A stretch of 64,000 bases of DNA from an uncultured Kiritimatiellota bacterium (lineage in GTDB: Bacteria; Verrucomicrobiota; Kiritimatiellia; RFP12; UBA1067). How positions within the stretch are numbered: the stretch's first letter is position 1; the number at the start of each line of letters is the position of its first letter. Shown here piece after piece: positions 8,635-16,800 of this stretch. The stretch lies in NCBI GenBank assembly GCA_934621385.1, contig CAKTUI010000003.1, positions 17,998 through 81,997 on the forward strand, read 5' to 3'. Position numbers and translations under genes: made by a program. The notes below the pieces were generated by a model, which worked only from the letters and a program-made list of their open reading frames with translations, searched no databases and had not been told where the DNA came from.

Positions 8635-8808
8635 CCATTCCTCAACATCGCCGCGACAAATCTGCCGCGCTTGGTGTTGAGCAGTGCCACGCTTTTTGAC
8701 GCGAAACGTTCTGCTTTTCCCTCGCTTCAGCTTCATTTTGTGTCCCCCAATGTGTCCCCCACCACTTGAGGTGTATAGGGCTGTATGAAGGTGTATGCCG
8801 ACGAGAGA

Positions 8809-8856
8809 GAAAAAGTGCGTTTCACCCCCGTTTTTATTGAGTAAAGCGCACTTTTA
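8809..8856 (-). terminator. Putative intrinsic terminator of the tRNA-like gene
   Basis: Minus-strand RNA AAAAGUGCGCUUUAC..GUGAAACGCACUUUU forms a ~15-bp stem with one mismatch, followed by UCUCUCUC. Confidence 0.45.
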
Positions 8857-8859
8857 AAG

Positions 8860-8921
8860 TGGTGGAGGTTGAAAGATTCCAAAGCCCGACCCACTTGCGC
8901 CGAGCGGAGAAACCAACCTCC
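8860..8921 (-). ncRNA. 62-nt tRNA-like RNA gene or truncated tRNA pseudogene with encoded ACCA end
   Basis: GGAGGUUG...CAACCUCC-ACCA gives an 8-bp acceptor-type stem. The T-loop-like UUGGAAU is degenerate, and the element is ~14 nt shorter than a tRNA. It is flanked by its own promoter and hairpin. Confidence 0.5.
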
Positions 8922-8934
8922 AAAAACGCCTTAT

Positions 8935-8943
8935 ATTATACCA
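8935..8943 (-). promoter_or_regulatory. Extended -10 promoter (TGGTATAAT) driving the tRNA-like gene
   Basis: Reverse complement of attatacca. The predicted start is ~7 nt upstream of the tRNA-like 5' end. Confidence 0.5.
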
Positions 8944-9105
8944 TATTTCGGGTGTGACGAGGTTCTGAATATGTGATAAATGCTGGACCATGAAACTTCT
9001 CCCCGAAAAAGTTGGTGGAGAAAATATTTCTATTTTTTCTGATTCAACTGATGCCATCGAAGCCCCCTATAGTGTCCAGGCACTAATACGTATAGCGATT
9101 AGACT

Positions 9106-9867
9106 TCATTGATGTAGCACTTCTAATAAGACGGAGAATGCCTTGCCAACATCAAGCGCCTTAATTGTATGCTCTTCAAGGTTAATTCCGCAAATCATCG
9201 CGACAAGATTACCTTGCTCGTCTAATAATGGGGCGCCGCTACATCCCTCAAAATTCGTTATATCCTCAAGCCCGTCTATATCCCGAATACGAAAGTATCT
9301 ATAAAAGCCATCATCGTAAGTATGATCAATATGCGTATATGCTGCCGGGGTCTGATAAAAGTAAAACCGATTAGAATCGTCATAGGTTTCGTTATCGTCG
9401 GCATATTGAGGTTTTATCATTCCGCAGAATGAACATTCTCCATCAACTGGGCACTCAATATGTGGGACGGGAAATGTTTTTAATGGAACTATAACTTCAT
9501 TCCCCCCCTGTACCTTTAGATGTCTGATTGGTTTACAGTCCGTGGGCAAATCAAACAGGGCTCCATCCACAATTGTCCTATCATCAAGGCACCAAACAAT
9601 TTCGCCTGAAGGAACATTATCATTTAGCGCACATTGATTAGCAGACAAAAGGCATGCGCCTCCTCCCAACGGCAAGCATTTCGTACCATACGAAGGATCG
9701 TAGTCAAGTTGTAACGACAGCCCCTCACCAAAGGCATGACCTACAGTAAAAAGGTAATTCCTACATTCGTGGCTCAATATAATGCCTGACGCAGATGCTA
9801 TTGGCATATGGCCCTCACTCAGTTTTACCAACTGAGCAGTGGAGGCAAACAAAGTATCAATATCCAT
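9106..9867 (-). CDS. Cytoplasmic trypsin-like (S1-type) serine protease
   Basis: 253 aa in low-GC DNA with an ordered triad: TVGH(44)AF, D(101)GALF, GCS(210)GAPLL. No signal peptide. Confidence 0.65.
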   Translation of the reverse strand: MDIDTLFASTAQLVKLSEGHMPIASASGIILSHECRNYLFTVGHAFGEGLSLQLDYDPSYGTKCLPLGGGACLLSANQCALNDNVPSGEIVWCLDDRTIVDGALFDLPTDCKPIRHLKVQGGNEVIVPLKTFPVPHIECPVDGECSFCGMIKPQYADDNETYDDSNRFYFYQTPAAYTHIDHTYDDGFYRYFRIRDIDGLEDITNFEGCSGAPLLDEQGNLVAMICGINLEEHTIKALDVGKAFSVLLEVLHQ

Positions 9868-10039
9868 GACTTAATCATTCCTCGTTTTACTGCGGGCATG
9901 CAAGCCGCTGCACTTAGTCTTACATCCTTCGTATGTCGGCGTACCCGATCAGGACATTAAGCCGATAGACCTGCTCGACGCTGTTATTGTCGAATCATAA
10001 CAATATTGTAGGATGAAAAATGCACTGACGACTCCTACT

Positions 10040-10993
10040 TCAGCTATTGACGAAATCCATAAACATTTGTTTGGCAGTCGCTTCCTTAATAGAAGCTTTA
10101 TTAGCCAGATGTTCTAACATGTCCAAGATGAATCTCGTCCCTTTGTCTGCATTGTCGCGCAAAGCTACAAGATCAGCTTTACTTCTCACTCCAGAACTCA
10201 TCGCAAAAACATCACACACCTGATTAAGCGAATCAAGAAGTTTTACCAGAACTTCGTCATGGAGGTATTCCCCCTTTAGTGTCAATATATCTGCCGACAT
10301 CTCGATTATGGACCAGTTCACGTGACAAACAGGATCCAACATTCTGTTGATCTGATGAATGTCCTCGCAACGAGAAAAATCTTGGAGCCGACGATAAGCA
10401 GCTCCCGAACAGGAAATCCATTTAGTAACACTTATACCATCTGATCTTATGTCCGGCTGTTCGCCGTTCACATACGTAGCAAGAATATGCCAAACACGCT
10501 TCAGAGCATCTTCATCAATACTCAAGGTCCACTTTGAAATTGTATCAAGTGAAATAATATTCTCAATCTTAAAGTCACACGGGAACTCCAGTCCTTTTAA
10601 AGCATCTTCGCTCCAGCTCTTAACTGGAGGAGGCACAATATTAAAGGACAGAAAATAAAAAGAATAACCTTTATAATTTGGAGATGTTTTAGTCAATGCA
10701 TCTTTCAACTTTGACAAGGTACGTTCGGATGTCACTTGAACAACGACATGCTTATCATCATCCACTAAATCAAATCCTGGATGATTAAGTGCCTTTGGAT
10801 TAACATTGGTAAGATTCCAACCATCATTAGCCTTAAACTCATTCAGAATTTTACAAAATAGGTCTTCTGCATGATGGTTCAAATTGAAGAATCCTACACC
10901 ATTCTGTAGCATTGTGCATACAGAAAATATGCTCAGTTTCATGTGAATATCATCAATGATTGCTTGTCTCGTTGGTGGAATCGTGACCATCAT
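10040..10993 (-). CDS. SMEK-domain-like protein with helical C-terminal region
   Basis: Start moved to ATG 10993 (GGAG 6 nt upstream). The N-terminus NLNHHAEDLFCKILNEF..WNLTNVN..HPGFDLVDDDKHVVVQVTSERTLSKLKDAL resembles the SMEK N-domain. Low GC. Confidence 0.4.
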   Translation of the reverse strand: MMVTIPPTRQAIIDDIHMKLSIFSVCTMLQNGVGFFNLNHHAEDLFCKILNEFKANDGWNLTNVNPKALNHPGFDLVDDDKHVVVQVTSERTLSKLKDALTKTSPNYKGYSFYFLSFNIVPPPVKSWSEDALKGLEFPCDFKIENIISLDTISKWTLSIDEDALKRVWHILATYVNGEQPDIRSDGISVTKWISCSGAAYRRLQDFSRCEDIHQINRMLDPVCHVNWSIIEMSADILTLKGEYLHDEVLVKLLDSLNQVCDVFAMSSGVRSKADLVALRDNADKGTRFILDMLEHLANKASIKEATAKQMFMDFVNS

Positions 10994-11067
10994 TTCTATC
11001 TCCAATCTTAAGAACAAAATTATCCCTGTCCGAGCACTCGCTGTGGCTGAACGAGTACACGCGCACT

Positions 11068-11403
11068 TCATGCAACCTTGCGGAAATCAAACGGAACCTT
11101 GACGTTAAGCACCAGATGATAGGGTGCGATGGTGTTGGGGATGGTCTCGGCATCGCGGCGGAGAGCTGCCAGATTGTCGGCGAGACTAAACCCGAACTCC
11201 TGCGACAGGAACTCTTGGAGACGCTTTAGCGCGTCGGCATCGTCCCTCACTTCGTCTCTGCCGAACTTTTCAAACTGGCAGTCCTCATGGTCCCCGCCAA
11301 ACGCGACATGGGCGGAAGCAATCCACCCGTCCCGTTCACAGAAGTTCTCCAGCCGTCTCTCAACGGCGATTTCGTAATCAGTCATTCTCTTCATGTCGTT
11401 CAT
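11068..11403 (-). CDS. Hypothetical acidic 111-aa protein
   Basis: ATGA stop/start overlap with the upstream ORF (11400-11403). It is a ~54% GC patch inside ~40% GC DNA. No recognisable motif. Confidence 0.45.
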   Translation of the reverse strand: MNDMKRMTDYEIAVERRLENFCERDGWIASAHVAFGGDHEDCQFEKFGRDEVRDDADALKRLQEFLSQEFGFSLADNLAALRRDAETIPNTIAPYHLVLNVKVPFDFRKVA

Positions 11404-12512
11404 GTGGTCGCCTTAATTAGTTTGAGTTCGTTCATACACTCCTCAATTATCTGCTGATTGTTCAAATAGAGATCATTGCGATGGCATTCCATTACTCGCT
11501 GAATCACCTCGTCCACAACTTGTCGTCCCAAGCTCGCATTCAGAAAACGCTCAAAGGCATGAGTTAGAGAAGTGAACGAAGCATTCGTAATCACCGCCTC
11601 CTGCCGTTCAAATAAGGGTAAGGCCGAAATGGTGTAATTATACTTACGCTCGAACAATCCGTGTTCTCCCAAAGGATCGACACAATATCCCTCTTGAATC
11701 GGTTTACCATCAAAACCGTCGCAAAGGCGCATGGAAAAGTCAAACTGCCCATACAACCTCGCATAGCCATATATTCTATCTCCCGAACTGTATACGCAAA
11801 GCACATGATCGAATTCCCCTCGTTTCTGCAATTCTACATATCGATCATCGGTCACATTCCGACAGAAATTAGAAATCGTATTTATATCATCAAGCTCTTC
11901 GTCAATAAGACATCGACGAAGAGGATCAAACCTGTTTAACATCGCAATCTCGTGGTTCGTTGCCCCAAGCAGGTTGAAACAAGACTTCAAAATACCCTTG
12001 AGACACCCAGCCCCTCCATACGTTACACTCGTCGATAAAAATCCATCGCTTGACAAATCATGTTTTACTTTAGAAACTTGTACTGTTTCTATACTCGAAA
12101 ATCCCTGCGGCATATTCTTGCGAACGAGCGACTCAGCCCATCCTATCTTATGTTCCTTACCAACACATACCTTTACACGCTTCGTTTTACTGTCTACATC
12201 TTCAAACTCTCCAACGATAGGATCTATCAACTCGTAATCACCATTCTTTAAGAGATAACGATGTCCGTCCTCTGAACGCAACTCACACCCCTGCATGGAT
12301 GTGGATCGGTTGCCGGAAGCACCAAGAATATTACGGATGAAACGAAAATTCTTCTCTAATGCGACATCGCAACCATGTCCAAATTTATTCTGTACATCGT
12401 TACATGAAATCTTGTCTGATACCCAAGTGGCTCCCGTGAAATTCTGAAGGATATGCTCTTTCATAGTCCCATCTGGGAGTTCCACGCTTGTGTAGATACA
12501 TTTGGCATTCAT
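11400..12512 (-). CDS. HNH_5-like protein with degenerate zinc ligands
   Basis: Probable start at ATG 12512 (MNAKCIYTS). KC-IY..KEHILQNFTG..SCNDVQNKFG follows the CxxC..EH..CxxCN layout, but only one Cys of each pair is kept. Long C-terminal domain; low GC. Confidence 0.45.
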   Translation of the reverse strand: MNAKCIYTSVELPDGTMKEHILQNFTGATWVSDKISCNDVQNKFGHGCDVALEKNFRFIRNILGASGNRSTSMQGCELRSEDGHRYLLKNGDYELIDPIVGEFEDVDSKTKRVKVCVGKEHKIGWAESLVRKNMPQGFSSIETVQVSKVKHDLSSDGFLSTSVTYGGAGCLKGILKSCFNLLGATNHEIAMLNRFDPLRRCLIDEELDDINTISNFCRNVTDDRYVELQKRGEFDHVLCVYSSGDRIYGYARLYGQFDFSMRLCDGFDGKPIQEGYCVDPLGEHGLFERKYNYTISALPLFERQEAVITNASFTSLTHAFERFLNASLGRQVVDEVIQRVMECHRNDLYLNNQQIIEECMNELKLIKATT

Positions 12513-12532
12513 GGCAATGACACTCTCCCGGT

Positions 12533-13099
12533 TTAGCACTCGAAAATGGGTTGTCCCATCGCGGTCTTCTTCGACGTGAAGAAGAAAGTCGTACAGGGCA
12601 GCATTAGTCGATGGAGAACCAACCCCAACACAAATGCGGCAAATGCGAACGAGGCGTTGATTACAAAGATTATCGTGGGGAGGTCAAAGGCAAAGTTCAT
12701 CTTGCCGGCCGCTTCAAGTATCTTCGCAAAGCTTTGCAGGATGAAGATGCTGGTTATCATGTATGCGATACCGCTGTATCGAATGACGCCCACGAGGACT
12801 GCGACATTTATCGCCAAGCCGAACAAGACGATGCCAATCCTTGCGCCCGCGTTGTTCAAGTTGCCTGTCATGAAAATAATATCAATGGCCTTAAACAGCG
12901 TGATCACTGAAAGGCACCCGACCAATGCCCAATTCAGGAAACGCCATCTTTTGCGTTTAGCAAGCGTGACCTGAAGCGGAAGAATCCGTGACGCGGCATC
13001 CTCCCACTCGGTCATTGAATAGCGGGAGAAGATCGCGCGCTTCGATTCCCCGGCGGCAACCCGCTTCTTGATGTCGGCTGTCAGTTCCTTGCGAGTCAT
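12533..13099 (-). CDS. Four-TM membrane protein (possible immunity or orphan immunity protein)
   Basis: 188 aa with a cytosolic N-terminus followed by four hydrophobic helices. Low GC; sits in the immunity position of the RHS locus. Confidence 0.5.
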   Translation of the reverse strand: MTRKELTADIKKRVAAGESKRAIFSRYSMTEWEDAASRILPLQVTLAKRKRWRFLNWALVGCLSVITLFKAIDIIFMTGNLNNAGARIGIVLFGLAINVAVLVGVIRYSGIAYMITSIFILQSFAKILEAAGKMNFAFDLPTIIFVINASFAFAAFVLGLVLHRLMLPCTTFFFTSKKTAMGQPIFEC

Positions 13100-13111
13100 G
13101 TTAACTGTCCT

Positions 13112-13456
13112 TCATTGATTGGAATAGATGCGGGTAGGTTCTTCCCTTTGACGGCTCTTCTTCGACACATTACAAATCACGACCGCTATGAGCAGTATCG
13201 TCACAGCCGCTACAATGGCCACAAACAGGGTTCGTTCTTTCATGCGCAGAACAATGGGTTCTATAGGCCATAATAGCAATAGGAAAAGCGATATTTGCCA
13301 GAACTCGGTCAACGTAACTTGATTGAACAGCAACGCAAATATCATGGCAGCTTCCGGAAGCAAAAAAAGTAGAGAGCAGACTTTGAACGCTCTCCAATAA
13401 GGCATTGATTTGGAGATCGTAGGCATTTCGGTAGTGAGTAACTTCTTCAAGTTCAT
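13112..13456 (-). CDS. Three-TM small membrane protein (possible immunity protein)
   Basis: 114 aa, hydrophobic, with GGAGGG upstream of the ATG. Low GC. Confidence 0.5.
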   Translation of the reverse strand: MNLKKLLTTEMPTISKSMPYWRAFKVCSLLFLLPEAAMIFALLFNQVTLTEFWQISLFLLLLWPIEPIVLRMKERTLFVAIVAAVTILLIAVVICNVSKKSRQREEPTRIYSNQ

Positions 13457-13472
13457 TAAGTTCTACACCCTC

Positions 13473-13802
13473 CTACTTCTCAAAAAACACCATCAGCAAT
13501 CTTATTAACGCCACGATCACGGCAAAGAGGCAAAAGGCCTGAATGCATCCTTTGGGTAATTTGCAACCCTCTACCATTGGATTATATTTAATAAACACAG
13601 ACTTCTCGCGCATTATCCGTATATCAAGAATGGTTAGAACTACAACCGCGAGAATCCAGAGGCATCCAAGATTTGCAGTTATTTGCACGATGAACGGCAC
13701 GGGTAGTATCAGAAGAATGCCGACACACCACTTCCTCATCAGATGAGAAAGCACCGTTATAATCGCAAGATAAGAAATTAAAATTAGTGTTTGTGTCGTC
13801 AT
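13473..13802 (-). CDS. Candidate cognate immunity protein of the RHS toxin tip (three-TM)
   Basis: 109 aa. Its ATG overlaps the RHS stop as ATGA (13799-13802), the classical toxin-immunity coupling. Confidence 0.6.
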   Translation of the reverse strand: MTTQTLILISYLAIITVLSHLMRKWCVGILLILPVPFIVQITANLGCLWILAVVVLTILDIRIMREKSVFIKYNPMVEGCKLPKGCIQAFCLFAVIVALIRLLMVFFEK

Positions 13803-16800
13803 CTTGCCGGCCCCGTAAAATCATTTGGAATGGGAATGTCAGGATTTGTATCCGTATCAACCTCTGGTGACGGTAAGATGCCGATAACATTAATCGACAC
13901 GTTAAACGTTTCAACAACAACGACACCTGCCGCTGTCGATCCCGAAACTCCGCCTTCGATAACAAACTCGTATCGGATCATTCTAACACTTGTTTCCGTT
14001 GCAGTCCAACGCCCAACCGTTTGTAGTGGTTTCACTTGTCTTATTACAGCAGCTGATCTTGTTACTGACGCCCAACCCGTTGCACAAGCAGCAATTACCT
14101 CGAAAGTCGTATATGAATAGTCCAACGCTGTCTCAAGAGTTGATCCGTGGTATCCCGTAAGGCGATAAGACATTTCTCTATATGATTGTTGTATAAAGGT
14201 GCCTGGAGGTAAAGCACGGCCTTGATAACGGCTTTTCATGTTTTCATAGGCATTATGTATCTGATCCAATCCATAGGCCATTAATGCAGCACCTCCCAAC
14301 ACTCCTCCAACACCTCCAGTGGCAAAAGTCAGTTTAGCACCAGCGATGAATGACAAGGTTCCAGCAAGCATTCTCACGCCATCTGAAAAATAGCCCCAGA
14401 AACTCTCCCCAAGGATGTCTATGTATAGAACGGGATTATTATCACAAAATCCATAGAGGTTCTCGCCTCCATTCTCCTCGATGGGATCGCGGTTGAGCCA
14501 GCGTCCGAGATCGGGACGATAGAACCGACGCTTGTAGCCGATCATTCCCGTCTCGCGGTCGTGGTACTGCGTGCTGAAGCCGAAGGAGAATACGTCGGCG
14601 AGATTGCCGTTGGAATCAACTATGTTGCCGTAGGGATCGTAGACGTACTGCGCTGCGATGCTCCCAGTCTCGGAGACGTACAGGATAATGTTGCCGTTGT
14701 GGTCGTAGCAGGGAATGTAGAACACGCCGTCCACCGACACGGCCAGCAGCCCCTCCACTCCGCCCGCGCCCTGCTCCGTGCCGGACTTGTCCGCGCCCCA
14801 GAAATACTCGAACGTGCGGGTCGTGCCGTTGGCGAACTCGACCTTTTCAAGGACGATGTTGTTGCCGTCCCAGACAAACGTGTGCGTCTCCTGCGTTTCC
14901 CATTCGTGTATCCCGACCGGCGGCGACGGAGGCGGCGCAATGCTGGAATTGAGCCGCTGGACGGTCTTGCGGATTCGCCTGTTGCGGTGGTCGTAGGCGT
15001 TCAGCACGCGGATCACGCCGTTCGTCTCCGCCGCCGAAGTCACCGAGACAAGGCGGTTCTCGGCATCGTAGGCGTAGGCGAACGTGCCGTCGCCCGTCAT
15101 GTTGCCGTCGGCGTCGTACACGGGATTCGCGCCTGCGGAAACCGCCGTGTACTGGTTGAGGCTGTTCGCCGTGTAGGAGTTCGTCTCGGCGTTCGCCGCC
15201 GACCAGAGGCGGTTGCCGATGCTGTCGTAGGCGTAGCCGTAGCGATTCGTGCCAACGCTCGCGGCCGCGAGTTCGGAGCGGCGGTTGTACAGCCATTCCC
15301 GGACGAGCGAAACGGAGTCCGTGGCGTTCGTCGGACGGTTCAGCAAATCGTACTCCGTCGAATACCAGTAGATCGACTGGCCGCCGAAGAAATAGTCGCG
15401 CCGCGTGACGAGGTGCCTGCGGCCCGCCTCGCGCGACAGCCTGGCGGAGAAGCAGTTCCCGTTCGGCAGCGTGTAGACCGTGTTCGTCACATACGAGCCG
15501 TCGTAGGCGAGCGACACCGACACGCCCCGCCCCGCCGCGTTCGTGAGCGCATAGCCGCACACGCGATCCTCCGAATCGTAGAGGCGGACCTTCGCCGAAT
15601 GCCGGACGTTCGTGACGACGACCGCCGTCTCCTGGGCGCGTCGGAACTCGTCGAATGTCCGATTGACGGAGAACGCCTCGCCACTGACGGTTACGCTCTC
15701 ATTCGTGTTCAGCAGCCGGTCGTCGTAGCCGTAGGCGTAGGACGTGCCGTCAGAGAGAGTCGCCGACGCTGTCTTGCCGGAATCGGCGTATGTGTATGCG
15801 ACCGACGGCGTAGCCGTCCCAGAGTAAGTCGTGCCGCTCACGAGGTTGCGCACATTGTAGACGTGTTGCTTCCACACGCCGCGCGCCCATGTCGTGCGCG
15901 TCTTCTTCCCGTTGTCCGTGTAGGAGTATGCGACGCGCGAACCGTCCGCGTACTCTTTCGCCGTGTTCACGCCGCTCGCAGGGTCGAATTCCCATTGCGT
16001 CTCGTCCCATGTCGCGCCGCCGTCGCGTGTCGTGAAACCGTGCGTCTTGCGTCCGGCGGAATCGAAGCCGGACAGGATCGGATAGGCGTCTCCGCTCGTG
16101 GAGACCGTGCGGCCAAGCGGATCGTAGCCGGTCACGGTCTCGTTTCTGAGCGCGTCAGTCCGCCGCACTTCCCGGTTCAGCATGTCGTATTCGGCAGTCG
16201 CTTCCGCGACACGCCCGTCTCGGAAGTCCGTGATGCGCCGCACGACGTTCCCCGACTGGTCGTATTCAAGGCTGTCAACGCGGTTCGTCGCGCCGGACGC
16301 GTCCGACGCCGCCACGGCGACGTTGCGACCAAGCGCATCGTAGGACATCTCGCTTGCCCCGTCGATGGACGTCTGGTCGAGCGTGACGCCATAAATCGAA
16401 CGCGCGGTCACAGGGGTCGAGGCTTCGATCTGCGAAACGGAGGTCAGGACGCCGGTGGCCGCATCGAATGCCGTCTCCGTGACGGTCTCGCGCCCAGACG
16501 CCGCGACGGACACCGTGCGGCTGCGTAGGGCGTCCGAAAGCCCCGTCAGCTGTACCTTGCGAATCTGCACGGAGTTGGTGACGTTGCCCGTCATTCTCAC
16601 CGAGGTGGCGATGCGGTAGATTTGCTGGCTGATCGTCTCGTAGGACGCATCGTTCAGGATCGCGGTTCCGTCCTGCGATGTGCTTGTGCGTTCCCCGCGC
16701 TCGTTGTAGCCATACGTGACAACCGGCGAACCGGTCGTGGATGCGGAGAGGATTCGCGTCGTCGTGCCGTCGTAGGCGTTGACCGTGACAATCGTCGATC

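Noticed and set aside
8860-8921. tRNA-like segment as the attR direct repeat of tRNA-Val (30696-30772) delimiting the serine-recombinase island
   Set aside because: Only about 23 of 32 positions match at the 3' end, whereas att duplications are normally identical. Serine recombinases also do not generate long tRNA duplications. The segment is kept only as a tRNA-like or decayed tRNA gene.
8854-9057. 67-aa minus-strand ORF downstream of the protease gene
   Set aside because: It runs through the promoter and the tRNA-like RNA gene, and it has no RBS and no motif. It is more likely non-coding.
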